This document shows, piece by piece, positions 1 to 13,459 of a stretch of 64,000 bases of DNA. The stretch lies in assembly GCA_009602725.1 (NCBI GenBank), contig WELB01000016.1:1153691-1217690 (forward strand), written 5' to 3'. This DNA is from Spirogloea muscicola (Eukaryota). A program made the position numbers and the translations under genes. The notes under the pieces were generated by a model that worked only from the letters and a program-made list of their open reading frames with translations, had not been told where the DNA came from and did no database searches. The first letter of the stretch is position 1; every line of letters starts with the position of its first letter.

Positions 1-8
1 TGGATCAC

Positions 9-205
9 TCAATAAGTACGAGTGAGGAGCCTCAGATCCGACAGACTAGCTGCCGGGAAGCTATCACCCTGACGAAAGCCAGAGCCCGCAGCGAGAGCAC
101 AGCCAGCTCGCAGATGCAGAGCGTGGGCCATGGACCGCTGCAGGGATACAGAGAGGCGCATCCGATATACCTGAGCCCACGAGCCCGCGGCGTTGAAGTC
201 GGCTG
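9..205 (-). mobile_element. 5'-truncated RLE (CRE-like) non-LTR retrotransposon C-terminus, subfamily D
   Basis: Translates AAGSWAQVYRMRLSVSLQRSMAHALHLRAGCALAAGSG...DLRLLTRTY*, homologous to the C-terminus of the intact ORF at 45998-50074. Confidence 0.85.
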
Positions 206-589
206 GGAAGGGGGAGGAGAGGGCGGCGCGGCGGGATGGTGGGTCGCCCGCCGCGTGCGGGAGAGGCGCATGCTTGGCCTTTTCTCTTGGCGGCGCCGCC
301 AACTTGGAGGCTGCCGCCAGTTCTGGCGGTGGCCGGCGCCGACACCGGGCCCACGGCTGCTAGCCCCGCCCTCCCTAATCTTGAACACCTCTGTGCGCAC
401 CTGGCTGGCTTGTACAGCCGCTTTTCTCTTATCAACAACGCATTCTTTCTGTCCCCCTCCCCCCGTTCATCTCCCTCTCCCTTTCTCTCCCTCACAGCAG
501 AGAAAAGCTCCAGCATTGCGCTGACTACCCCCTTAGCAATCACCACTACCAGCCGCAATTTATACCTTTGGCTGCATGGGTCCTCGTTT

Positions 590-930
590 TCATACCCTAC
601 TTGAGAGTTTTGAGCAAGTCTTGGACGTGCACGAGGTGAGGATATGCTTCCAGCCGAGATGGGCATGCGGGCAGCCTGTTTGTCGTTTTTGCGACGTCGT
701 GTGTTAGCCTGTTTGCAGAGAGCTCAGGGTGAACATGAAGCTTTTCGAGCCTTAGCTGGTGGCATGTGGGCTTGTCAATTGCTGACGGTATTCTAACATC
801 AGTTAGCGACCTCTATGTGCGGACTCGTGGTTACCGAGGGGGTCAGCTTAGCAGCAGTGATGTACATATGTCATTGTGCTTGCCTTTGCACTAGGCACTC
901 GGGTCCTCCATCAGTCAGGTCCTCCATCAG
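590..930 (+). mobile_element. Degenerate CRE-like 3' end with 3'UTR, subfamily C
   Basis: Remnants RRRVLACLQRAQ...SDLYVRTRGY match the subfamily C copies at 22376 and 34358. The downstream UTR resembles 2390-2470. Confidence 0.65.
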
Positions 931-969
931 TCAATGCACACTCCATCCTCCCCCTGTTTTGACATAGCA

Positions 970-2180
970 TCTTCAGGCCCCTTTGTAGCTGCTACACGCT
1001 TGTAGGCCCGTCCGAACCCTTGTCAATTCTTTTTGGGCTGGCTTTTCGCAGCCCTTGCCCCCATTTGGAAGTGCCACTTCTTCATTTTCAAAGGGGGCGA
1101 GGCCTGTGAAAAGCCAGCCCAGCAAGAATGGGCCAGATTCAAGGAGCCAAAAGGCAGAAGAGAAGGGAAGGAGAAGCTCATTCAAAAGCTTGGCGATGGC
1201 TGTAAACGGCCGGCTTCATAAAGAAAAGGGTTGAGGTCAAAGGTCGAGCGGGCACCCTCCCTTGTGGCCTTCCACAGCCACGCCCACATTCAAAGACATT
1301 CTTTTCTTGCTGGAGGGTGGGCTGGGGGGGGCTCGCCTTCCTCTGGCTTCCTCTGGCCCCCTTCTCGTTCTTTGTTCATTCTTTTTTGGGCTGGCTTGTC
1401 CAGCCCCTATCCTCAATGGGCGAGCCCTTTCTTCGCCGCCAGGAAACAGCGCTTCCAAATTGGGCAGCAGTGGCTGTGAGAGGCCAGCTCAAAGACGCAG
1501 CCCCTCTCTTCTATGGGCGAGCTCATTCAAAGACGAAATGCTCGCCCCCTAGAGGATAGGGGATGGAGCCATGAGCAGTGTGGCGTTACTGGCACGTGGT
1601 CGACCAGACTGCAAATAGGAGAAGAAGCTCCTTCCAAACAGGGCGAGTATTGTGAGGGCAAATGATGTGAAAGCGGAATAATGGCGGCACACACAGCACC
1701 GGCACTGACGGGTAGACCGGCAAATGATTGTCGAAAGAAGGATGAAGCCGGATGAAACCAAGGGGAAGGCCAGGTCAAGCAACTCAAGCAACTCAAGCAA
1801 CTCAGCTGGTGCAAGAAGCGGCTACATAAGCGAGCCCTGTGCTGATGGGGGCTGAGGCAACCAGTGCAAAAGCAGGATGAACGGGGACTTCAGTACCCAT
1901 GAGTGAGCACATTAATGTCAAACAGGGGTCAACAAATTGGGGGAGCCAGAGCACCGCCGCGGAAGCCAGTGGCCAGGGTTATTGAGTGCTTCGTAGCTGC
2001 TTTGTTTCTTGTTGAGCTTGTTTTTCTTAGCGCTTCCCCTTGGCCTCCTTGTCGTACTTTGTTCATTCATTTTTTGGCTGGTTTCTCCAGCCCCTATCCT
2101 GATGGGCGAGCCCCCTTTCTTCTTGTCCATTCTTTTTTGGCTGGCTTCTGCCAGCCCCTCTCTTCTATGGGCGAGCTCAT
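970..2180. repeat. Cluster of CRE-like 3'UTR fragments in both orientations
   Basis: Repeated gggctggc(N4-6)cagccc and atgggcgagc motifs near 1035, 1105 (-), 1388, 1470 (-), 2076 and 2139. Confidence 0.8.
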
Positions 2181-3049
2181 TCTCCTCTCTTTCTTCTTCT
2201 GAACGAGCAGCCGCAGGCCCGGCGCGCCGTCGTGTGTAGTGTCGGCACCGGCCACCGGCAAATGCAGCGGTGTCTTCAAGTTGGCGGCGCCGCCCGGGTG
2301 GGCAAGCATGCGCCTCCCCGCTGCCGCGGCGGGCGGCCCATCTTTCCGCCGCCACCCCCGCCGTCCTACCCTGGGCCATCCTCCCCCGTACTTACTGAGC
2401 GGGTCAGCTTAGCAGCAGACGATGTACATCTGTCAATATGCTTGTCTCTCTACTTGGCCACTCAGGTCCACTATCAGCGATACACTCCATTGCCCCGGGC
2501 GGGCCCATGCCAGGCACAGGGGTTTTTCAGAGGTTGCTTATCAATGCCCGATTCTAATTAGCAACTTCGAAGCGGCCACTCAATGCCGCCCAAAGCTGCT
2601 GATGGTTGAACCTTAATAGCCACGAGCTTCACAGCATTGGCAGAGCTTGGCCACAGCTTGAACCTGCCTACATACTCGACGGTCACACTTGCCGGTCAAT
2701 GGGGCAATGATTGGGTGGTAGTCAGGCTGGCAATGAGATACCTCGAGTGAGGCCCTTCATGCAGATCTCCTTACTCAAGCTCTGGGATTGATGGTCCTTA
2801 CAGAAGCGCTGATCACCATTGCAAAATGGTCACTGCCAGAGAGGGTGGGCAGAAAAGCAGGAGCAGGAAGATGCAGGGGGCTTAAAGGCCTTAGTGGTGG
2901 TTCATGAAGGCTCACACGCAGTAACAAATACCGGGGGGCGCTTGCCGGCTTCCAGCAGGTGGTGCGGCCATGAAATTTGTGTGATGGTGATGGCCGACGC
3001 CTGGAGGGTGCAATCATGCAAGGCCTAGGTGCCTGGGAAGCCTAAGTCA

Positions 3050-3480
3050 TGGCTGTTGATGGCCTGCCAGCATCTCCAAGGGCCATCAGAGCGAACAAGG
3101 TGCCCAAAAAAGGAGGCACAGATTGTTTCTGCAGGACCTGTTACACACTAGGTGGCCAGCTTTGTATCTCGTTGTGCCCTTAGGGCAGGTCGATGTGGGC
3201 GCGAGGCACCCTCTCTGGCAAGCTCAGCCAGGCGCCAGTCTATCAAGGAGGTCAGCAGACTGGGGCTGCACTGGATGGGAGGGAGGCTCGACCAGGATCT
3301 GTGGCAGTCCTAGGCCATGCGAGCTGCAAGGCTGCCAGCTTGGTTGCCATCCGCATATGGCGGACGCCAACGACCGGAGCAAGGGATCGGCGCATCAGGG
3401 CGTGCTCATCAACTGCATTGACGTTGGAGGCGAGAAAAAGCACAGGACGCAGGCCGCCAGGTGGAGAAAATTGGGAGCAT
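3050..3480 (+). mobile_element. Possible decayed hAT-like transposase fragment
   Basis: Weak motif resemblance only (WGCT-GW..., GVLINCIDVGGEKK) to the hAT DUF659 region; frames are broken. Confidence 0.2.
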
Positions 3481-3994
3481 GGCTGGTCCTGCCGCCGTGG
3501 CGGCAACAAGCTGCGGCGGCTGCTGATGCGGCTGCTGATATGAAAGAGCGTCCGTGGAAGGAAAAAGAAAGGGCTCTCCCAAAGGAGAGCCTCCGAGGCC
3601 TGTGAACAGCCAGCCCGAAAAAGAATTGACAAGGTCGGAAGGGGCCAAAAGTCGCTTTCCCAAAGCCTTCCCGGTAAGACTATCACTTAGTAAGCTCAAC
3701 TTAAAAGCCACAAGTCAGACAGACTGGCGGCCCGGGAAGCCCGCTTGACGACAGCCAGAGGCTGCAGCTAGAGCACGGCCAACACAAGCCAGCCAAGAAG
3801 GAAGACTCTTCCAGGAAATGCCAATGGCTGTGATCGGCCAGCCCAGAAGAAAGACTGAACAATGCTGGAAGGGGCCAGAAAAAACGTTTCCAGATTGTCA
3901 GCAGTAGCTGTGAGAGGCCAGCCCAAAGGAACGGACAAGGTCTGCAAGAGAAAGTGGCTCTCCCCAAGGGGGCAAGTGCTGTGAAAAGGCCTTG

Positions 3995-4147
3995 GCTGCT
4001 GGGCCCAGGTGGCTTCGTCCATATCTGGACGATTCCTCCTTGGGCAACAACGTGTGTTGGCGCCTCACATCAGTACCGTGGTTCAGGGGAGTCTGCCTTT
4101 CCAAGTGACTCTCAAAGCATGCCAACAGGACCTCTTTGCCGCATACC
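3995..4147 (+). mobile_element. Internal fragment of the subfamily A element
   Basis: Near-identical to about 48939-49091 (CWAQVASSISGRFLL...QQDLFAAY). It stops at the single N at 4148. Confidence 0.9.
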
Positions 4148-4196
4148 NTGGTGGTGGCCGGCGCCGCCCTGCGCAGAAGGGGCGGCCACCTCCACC

Positions 4197-5480
4197 TTCG
4201 TAGCTGCTTTGTTTCTTAGTGTGCTTGTTTGTCTAAGCGCTTCCCTTGGCCCCCTTCTCGTACTTCAGTCATTCTTTTTTGGGCTGGCTTTTCCAGCCCC
4301 TATCCTCAATGGGCGACTCAAGCTCCCTCCGACCTTGTCCATTCTTTTGGGCTGGCCTTTCCCAGCCACCAGTCAATCTGGCCGCGCTTTCTTCTTAATG
4401 GGCGAGCACTTTCTTCCACCTTGGCGGCGCCCGCCCGGTGGCCGAGCTCGCGGCTGCTCTTGGCGGACCTTCGTCCTATTCGCAGCCTCGCCCCCTTTGC
4501 CTGTGGATAAGCTTGCTTCTCTTTTTTTCGGGGAGCCGGTGGACTTTCCTGCAGCCGGGTCGCTCGCGCAGGTGTACCGCATGCGCTTGGCCGTCTCGCT
4601 GCAGAGATCTATGGCCCGCGAGCTGCACCTCTGTGCCGGCAGAGCCCTTGCTGCTGCCTCTGGCTCTGGCCAGGGGACCCACTTCAGGAGCCTAGCATCT
4701 CTGACCTGCGACTGCTTAGCAGGGATTACTGAGTGATTCATAGCTGACTTGTTTCTTTTTGTGCTTCTTTCTTACTGCTTCCCCTGGCCCCCTTCTTGTG
4801 ACCTGGTGACCACCCCACAGGCCGGCGGGCCACGTCTTCTCCTGAACGTGGTGACCACCGACGCATACGACCGCGCGCACCCAGCCCAATGTGCCACCAA
4901 GGTTGGGTATGCGGTCGCCTGCGCCGATCGGGCTAAAGAGCTCAAGTACGCCGACCATCCGCCGGAAGACGAGTTCTTCCCGTTGGCAATTGACACCCAT
5001 GGGGCGCTGGGCGCTCGGTGGCTCGAGCTGCTCACCCAGCTCGCCCGCCACACCATCGCCCGTCGCTTCCATGGGGAGCCGGTGTACTTTCCTGCAGCCG
5101 GGTCGCTGGTGCAAGTGTATCGCATGCGCCTGGCCGTCTCGCTGCAGAGGTCTATGGCCCGCGCGCTGCACCTTCGTGCCGGCAGAGCCCTCGCTGCTGC
5201 CTCTGGCTTTGGCCAGGGGACCCACTTCCAGGAGCCTAGCATCTTTGATCTGCGGCCGCTTAGCAGGGGTTACTGAGTGATTCGTAGCTGCTTTGTTTCT
5301 GTGTGTGCTTGTTTCTCTTAGCGGCTTCCCTTGGCCCCCTTCTCGTACTTGGTTCGTTCTCTTTGGGCCAGGCTTTCCCAGCGCCTATCCTCATTGGGCG
5401 AGCACTTTCTTCTTGTACTTTGTTCATTCTTTTGGGCTGGCTGTTCCAGCCCCTATCCTGAATGGGCGAGCCCTTTCTTC
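4197..5480 (+). mobile_element. Stacked 5'-truncated subfamily B copies (RLE domain + 3'UTRs)
   Basis: ORF 4749-5276 encodes LLLNVVTTD...KELKY...FFPLAIDTHG...SLQRSMARALH...LSRGY*. A shorter copy lies at about 4530-4800, and UTR-only pieces flank both. Confidence 0.9.
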
Positions 5481-6319
5481 TTTCGACTTCTTTCGACTTT
5501 GGTCTGTTTTCGAAAGTGGCTTCCTCAGCCATCTTCAACTCTCCAGAAAGAGATCCTTCTTATCTTTGCTTATATGCATATTGCAAGGGCTCTGGGGGTC
5601 TAGAGTTTGAGTTTCTTCTGCAAGAAGGGGGGTTTCGTCACACACGGGAGGCAACAGTACAATGCTTGAGATGCACACGCGAACCGCCTGCCAGCCACCG
5701 CCGCCGGCTGAGCTGGCAAGCCACGCGGCACAATCCCGAAATATTTGGCGCGTTGGCCGCTAGGTGGGCAGCTGTTGTGCTAAGGCTCGACGGCACGGCA
5801 CCTCAGCGCGGTGCGCGGGGCCCACTTGCTGACCCGCTTGACCGACCGAATGCGACGTTCTCCGGCTCCTACAGACCTATTCCCGTACACTTTCTTCGTG
5901 CTGGCCCATCCCATCTTTTTAAGGAGCGCAAGTACTTTGACCAAAGTAACAGAAACAAAGAATGAACAAAGAACGAGAAGGGGGCCAGAGGAAGCCAGAG
6001 GAAGCGCTAAGAAAATCCATCTCCACTCACTAATAGGAAGAAAGAAACAGCTACTCCATTTCAACGCAGTGGCTCTGAATGGACAGCCCAAAGGCATGTA
6101 CAACGTCTGAAAGGGCCGGATGGCGCAAAAAGCAGGACACCATATCCCAAGGCGTCAGCAAGTGGGCGCTCAATTAAGCTCTAGTCAGCAAGTGCATTCA
6201 GGAAGACTCCTAGGAGAACAATTTGTTGAACCCCGCTTATCCTCTCAATCACTTCGGGCAGGCTTTTCACAGCCCTCGCCCCGTTTAATGAGCATACTTC
6301 TTTGGCCAGGGCGGTGAAA

Positions 6320-6975
6320 TAGAGAAAGCGCTCGCCCATTGAGGATAGGGGCTGGAACAGCCAGCCCAAAAAAGCCCAAAAAAGAATTGGAAAGTACAAG
6401 AATGGGGCCAGGGGAAGCACTAAGAAAGACAAGCACAAAAGAAACAAGGCAGCTACGAATCACTCAGTAACACCTGCTAAGCCGTCGCAGGTCAGAGATG
6501 CTAGGCTCCTGGAAGTGGGTCCCCTGGCCAGAGCCAGAGGCAGCAGCGAGGGCTCTGCTGGCATGGAGGTGCAGCGCGCGGGCCATAGACCTCTGCAGCG
6601 AGACGGCCAAGCGCATGCGGTCCACCGGCTCCCCATGGAAGCGGCGGGCGATGGCGTGGTGGGCGAGCTGGTTGAGCAGCGCGAGCCACCGAGCGCCCGG
6701 CGCCCCATGGGTGTCAATTGCCAGCGGGAAGAAATCGTCGTCCTGCGGATGATCAGCATATTTGAGCTCTTTTGCCCGGGCGGCGCAGGCGACCGCTTAC
6801 CCAGCCTTGATGGCACATTGGGCTGAATGTGAGCGGTCGTATGCGTCGGTAATCACTACGTCCAGGATAAGACGTGGCCCACCGGCTTGTGGGGTGGCCA
6901 CAAGGTCTACACGACGTGCGTGGACACCGTCGGCCCTTCGCTGCAGCTTACTGACGGCTGAGTGCTCCGTTGCAA
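6320..6975 (-). mobile_element. 5'-truncated subfamily B copy
   Basis: Reverse-strand homolog of about 4800-5470, including the 3'UTR hairpin. Confidence 0.88.
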
Positions 6976-7377
6976 CCTAGAAGCCTGCCTCCACCAGGAT
7001 ACCATGCATAGCATCCCGGCAAAAACCTTTGCCGGCCATGGGTCAGCCCGAGGGCGACCTTGGCGGGCCACGGTGTCGGCATCTCGGGCATTTCGGGCAT
7101 GTCGGGCATCTCGGCACCCGCCTTGCAGCGGGCCCATGTGTCGCTCGCTGGCCTCGCATTCCCTGCGGATGAGGATGCTACCCTGGGCTCCCCCACTCCT
7201 TGTCCACACTGCCTTCAAGGCTGGCCTTTCGCAGCCATCGCCCTTCACTGGACCGTCTCTCGCACCCGCCGCCCCTTCAGAGGAGCTTTTGCTTGTAGAT
7301 CCGACGAAAATCCTGCGGGCGTATCACTAGAAGATTTTCAAGGGGTCGAGCCCTGTAAGAGCGAGGGCACCTCAAGT

Positions 7378-7748
<371 letters not shown>

Positions 7749-7803
7749 CCAAGCCCACACTCCACACACCGCAGCCCTGCGACCCTGCGCCGCCTGAGCG
7801 ACC

Positions 7804-8844
7804 ATGGGTCCCCTCCTCGCCGCCGCGCTGGTCCTCGCCCTCACCGCCTCGGCCTCCGCCACCTGCTCACCCAACACCACCTTTGCCTTCGGTGGCGCAC
7901 TGCCATACAAGATCTGGAGAACCAAGTCCTCAGTAACTCCAGCAGCAAGAACGGCTCCTTCGGCTGCTACGCTTTGGTCGGGTACGGCAGATGTCACAGT
8001 GGCCCACTTGCCTTCTCCTGGCACTCTCGTTGCACTCCCTTACCGGCTTCTGCTCCAAATTTACGCATTGCCTTCGTTTACCTGCTACTATCGCGGAGTG
8101 ATGCATGCCGTTGCCAACAACAACGCTTAAAACTCCATGTATCACATGCATTGAGACACCACATGCCCCTTGTGCTCTGGCAGCTCTGGTGCTGGGTACA
8201 CCGGCTTCAAGGCCAGGCAGTATCTGCTTGCTGCCTCGGTTGCTGCCATGACGGTCGCCCAAGAGAGTGGCTTCATCAAGTTGACCGTGCCACAGGGCCT
8301 GCTGTCCTTCTCGATGCTATACAACGGTGCCACGACTCTGACTGTCTTGCCAGAACCTAGCAGACCTGTACTCCGGCTTCCTTATGTCCATCGGAGGGGG
8401 TGCCATAACAGTCCCTGTCGCTCGCTCCGATCTGGCCAGCACTACACAAGTGTTCACGTCCTTCCTCAACCAATGCACTGCAGGGGGTGCCCGCCCTTGG
8501 TCCTCTGCCAAGGTTGGCGAGCTTGTGACCTGGGGCTCACCCAGGGTGGTGAACGCCTCCGCTCTTCTGGTGTTGCCTCCTATGTGTTTGCCAGCCCTGG
8601 TGCCATCACCTACCTGGCGACTCCAGTAGCCGTCAACTTTGTCGCTGGCAACGTCCGCATTGCGGCTACCAACAACAAGGCTGGTCAAAACTACAAGGGC
8701 AACGCCTGCTGCATCCCTGGCACCCTCCCCATCTCTTCTCTATATGCTAATCAGACGTGGTCCGCAGTCAACACCGTCTTCCGGCTCTGGTGTGTGCCCC
8801 ATGAAATTCTTTTGTATACTTCTGGGTGGCCCTCAAAACGATGA
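7804..8844 (+). pseudogene. Secreted protein of unknown function, frameshifted or spliced
   Basis: Signal peptide MGPLLAAALVLALTASASA. Coding-like sequence continues across ORFs 7804-8130, 8170-8844 and 8384-8629 with frame changes. Confidence 0.5.
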
Positions 8845-9949
8845 CAACACGATCTTTGTGCGCCACTTGCAATGCTGCTGCAGTGCAGTCGTTCCTCAAT
8901 CATATGTACTCGTCTGCTGGTCAGACCCTTCTCCCACCTCTAGACTTTGTGGCTTGTCCCACCAGTCTGTATGATCAGACCAGGGCTGCTGTTGCTACCA
9001 TCTCGTAAAATCTGGCAGTAGCTCGTATCGGTACTTATTGACTGATTCCAAAGAGACTAGGTCATTTGACAGATATCATGCTACGTAAGAGAAGAAAGAT
9101 TCGCGTGAAGTGAGACTTGTGTGAAGGAAGATTTGCCGAAAGCACTTCTGACTTACTAGGTCTACATCACACATAAGATCAAGTCGTATGTTGTGCAAGT
9201 GGTTGCTAGCTCTGCAAGCAATCAATTCATGCTTTTTGTCATCGCACTCTTGTGAAGGAGGTCGTAGAGAAGTTTGCATGAGCATTGCACCTGTCTGAAG
9301 CACCTTCTCAGTCTTGTGGATCCGTCCTTGTTGCATTGGTCGACACAAGCAGATTCTCGGCATGACCGTGGTGGAAATGCTGCCGAAATGTGACCTCACG
9401 CAAGCTGCCTGAAAAGTGGACTGAATATTTCAGAACTGATTATTGTGTGAAGTAGCACCAAGCGTAGCAGAGACTGTCTTGTGAGGATGTGGAGCTGAAA
9501 GGCCACAATACGAGCTGAACGAGAAGTGACTCATGCGACAAGTTGCTCTCAGAGATTGGTACCTTGAGCACCAAATTCTGCACCTTGATTGAAGGAATAC
9601 TTCTAAATGGGTTGAAATAATGCTCCTCCACGACGATCAAGGTGATGTATGGTAGACATCGCTGTCTTCGTCCTCCCTTCCTGCATGCTTAGTCATGCAT
9701 ACAAGCCTTTCCAATTAGTTCCTTTGGTGACCTCAGCCCGGTGGACTACTGCATCGCTGTAAACGCTACATGCTGGCAACTGAGTGTCTTGCCCACGGCT
9801 TCAGTGCTTGACACTGCATCGGCCCCCCCACCGCCAAACTCCCTACCCAACCTCCACGAGTCGTACTGGGCGACAGGATTACCTATTGGTCAACTACCTC
9901 TGGTACTCCGTGATCAAGTGCGTGCTTGGGCATGGGTAACGAAGGGACG

Positions 9950-10400
9950 CATTGAGGTAATCTGTCGTGCAATATCTCGTCGGTGGGTTGAGTATGTCGA
10001 TCTGACAAGGACGGTGAGGTGGCTGCAAACGTGGACATGTAAGCGGGAGTCACATTCTGCTTAGATGTGAAAGGAGTTGCGACACGGCCGCTCGGCTCCT
10101 CCAGCTTAGCTTTGATCACCATATATCCCCTTCTTACCCGTGCCACAAACGACATCAATCCACAATCTCATCCTATTGCCTGCTTTGCTTCAAGAGAAGC
10201 CCATCAAGTTGCAGAGAGCTCCATTAGCCCGCTTCAAGGTGAACTTGCGTGTAATAAAGGGATGGAAGGGCCGAAGTACGACCGCAAGCACATCTAATGA
10301 CGTACATTACCCACTGCAAATTGATCCGCTCAGTAACCACGGGTCAACACATAGTGGTCGCTAACCGGTGCCTGAATACCAAATACAAACTGAGGTGGGT
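9950..10400 (-). mobile_element. Old subfamily C 3' end plus shared downstream flank
   Basis: tcagtaaccacgggtcaacac...gcctgaatac matches 34358-34410. 9960-10050 matches 21830-21920. Confidence 0.65.
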
Positions 10401-11471
10401 ATGGGTGTACCATCACCTCCGTGCCCTTTTGACTGCAGTGCTACAGCAGTCAGCAGTTCCTCAATTTCGTTTTCCACTTACCGGTCTATATTTTCCCACT
10501 TCTAGACTTTTTTGCTTGTCCCACCAGTCGGCATACTTAGAATAGGAATGCCGTTGCCACCATCTTGTAAATCCTGGCGCTTGTCTCTGTAAATCCGTGT
10601 CAGTACGACAAAAAGTTGTGACAACCATTGTGTCATGGAAGAGAACGTGATGAAAGAGTTGCCCAAAGCACCGCTAACTTTCTCTGGACACATGCCACAA
10701 CAGCTATACCGACTTTGCAGACAAGAATCTCATTCTTTAAGCATTACTCTCTTAAAAGCGGTGGTAAGGGACTTTGCATGAGCACAGCACCTGTCTGAAG
10801 TACCTCTCTTGGATTGTGGTTGCGTCTTTGTTGCACTGAGTGACGAGCAGATTACGTTAATTAGCTGAATCTGGAGTATGAGTAGTACACTTGTTGAAAT
10901 CGAGTATCATTGATTCATAGCTGGAATGCCAATGCAGCAGTACTAGTCTGACAGATGCCTGGAGATCGGACTGCACATCAAGCTGATAAGATTTGGAATA
11001 CAAGCGCCGCAGGAGAAGGCTTGAAAGATGCTTGAATCACCAGGCTGACAACAAGGGAAGCTGGTCTTCTTACCTCGGGCTGAGAACAGCGCATCCTAGA
11101 TTTGTGGTGCGAGATAGCGTGGAGCTGGGGCTGGAACGGCGCCGGGAGGCGACCACTGTGGAGACTACCTTAATGGCACCATCAGTAGTTGTTGACGTTG
11201 ATGTAAACATTAGACGGCTCACGGTAGCCGATTGATAGCAATCGTCAAAGGCTACCGACGGGGCATTAACGGGTGGTTGACGGGGGACCGTTGGTATGTC
11301 GGTGGTGGCCAACCGAAGAGCTGGATTGTAGGTGGTAGGACCGTAGATAGTTGTCGACAGGTCGTGGACGGGTCGTCAGCAGGAATCTGTAGGTATCAAG
11401 TATGCCACCTGGGTCGAAAGGGCCCGGGATGCCAGGAGACCCGCAGTCCGTCGCACTATAGATAAAAGAAT

Positions 11472-12525
11472 GCGGCTGCTGATATTAAGAGAGCGGCTGT
11501 TAAAGGCCAGCCAGATGCTAATGTTGTTCTGACGGAGCCACAGGCTAGGTAGACAGGGCGCTCTTAGTACCCCTGGGTCAGCAGTAGGAAGTCAGATGAG
11601 CTGAGGGGAGATAGAGCAACCCCGCTGCGCAAGCCAGAGGCTGCTGCAAGGGCGCGACCGGCGCGGCGGTGCAACGCAGCGCCTGGGGCCGCTGGAGGGA
11701 TGTAAATGAACGCATGCGGTAGCAGGACACAAGACCCAAAGGCCCGAGCCACCGGAAAGGGCTGCACCCTCTTCCCGGCGCCGCAGGTCAGCTTGGTATG
11801 CCAGCAGCAGAAGTGACGAGGACCACCGACCGCCGCAACACCCGTGGATCCTCACGGCCAGGGGTCAAAAGGCATCACCCGCCGGATGGTCCTTGTACTT
11901 CTTCTGTTCGGCCAACTTACAGCATAGCCGGTCTCCGAAGTCATGGGGCCCTTCTTCCGGAAGATGTCGGTGAGGACGACGTCCATGAGGAGCCGCTTGC
12001 CACCTCCCAGGGGGACGCCAACCAGATCGACACGCCTCGTCCTAGGGACCCCGTTGCGGAGTTGGACGGGCATCACCCCGGTGCTCTCCAACGCCACTTG
12101 ATATCCCGCCTCCTTGACGAAGCCATACATGGCGTCACGTAGGAGATTGTGGGAGCCCGTGCGCTCACTGCCTTTGGCACACCTGAGCATGTGGTCAACC
12201 ATGAGCTATGCATCATGCTCAATTAGCCCACATTCACATTGGGTCACCATTGCCAGGCACAGGGAGGGTAAGCCAAGACGGCGGCGCACAGCATCACAAA
12301 ACAAAGCGTTTCCATCCGCAAGCCGCATGCCAAGGCAAAGCGCGGAGCCACTCAGACGCTCCCAGAGACGAAACAGATAGGAGCCGAGCCTGGCCTCGAG
12401 CATCTCCTCGGAGTAAACTCCAGAGGTGCTCCAGTGGCTGCTCGTCTGCAGCACGATTGAGCCTCAACATCAGGAACGTCAGCAGCAAAGCTAACAGGCT
12501 CATTTACCAAAGGCGGGTATGCGGC
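11472..12525 (-). mobile_element. 5'-truncated, decayed subfamily A copy
   Basis: Reverse complement of about 49080-50168 with frameshifts (HMLRCAKGSERTGSHNLLRDAM...RVDLVG...DFLLLTQGY*). Confidence 0.93.
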
Positions 12526-12576
12526 AAGAAAAGGGTGACGAGGAGGAGCGCCCCGTCGCCGGCTGGACCGTCGCTC

Positions 12577-13459
12577 GCCAGGGGACCCACTTCCACGAGC
12601 CTAGGATATCCGACCTGCGGCTGCTTAGCAGAGGTTACTGAGTGATTCGTAGCTGCTTTGTTTCTCTATGTGCTTGTTTTTCTTAGCGCTTTCCCTGGCC
12701 CCCTTCTCGTACTCTGTTCATTCTTTTTTGGGCTGGCTTTTCCAGCCCCTATTCTCAATGGGCGAGCACTTTCTTAGGTCAGGGCGATGGTTGTGCAAGA
12801 GATGTGAGTCCATGTCGTGCTATATCCTGTCGACTGCCTATTTGTGTCGATCTGACTAGGACAGCTGACTGGGCTTCACACGTGGCCTCCTAGGCTGACT
12901 CATCCACCTTTGTGTGCGATTCACGCTAAGGATGGAGGACCACTTTTCTCCCTATGCGGCTCCTAGGCTGGGTCATACACTTATGTGTGTGATTCACGCT
13001 AACAATGGAGGACCACCAATCTCTGTCTCTCTCTTCTTTCCTCTCTCTCTCTCTTGGCAACAACAACGACCTCGACCGCTCATCAAATGCGGACGACAAC
13101 AACAACTTCGACCGCTCGTCAACGGCGTACTACAACCACGGAGCGACTACAAGTACCAAAGCCCACGCGCGACGCCGACCGTCTGAAGACCGTTTGAAGC
13201 GCAACGAGGGAAGCCCATCTGGAGGTACCTCAACCATCCACAAGACCGTGAAGGTGGACGCAGTTGAAGCGGTGGCGGGGTGATTGTGGAACGGACGGCT
13301 GACGATGCCCATCTTACGGTGGAGTCGACCCCTGCGACAGGTGACTGCTGAAGCGGGGCCGAGCGGTAATGGACGTTACTGGCAAGCTTCGTGCATGTGA
13401 GACTGGCTGTAGATTTTGCATTGTCTGCCAGAATGTCTGATACGAGAGCAGGAGCCCTC
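12577..13459 (+). repeat. Subfamily B 3' end followed by about 680 bp shared with 55912-56826
   Basis: High identity by eye, including an internal repeat of tgtgtg[c/t]gatt[c/t]acgctaa...atggaggaccac. Confidence 0.88.
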
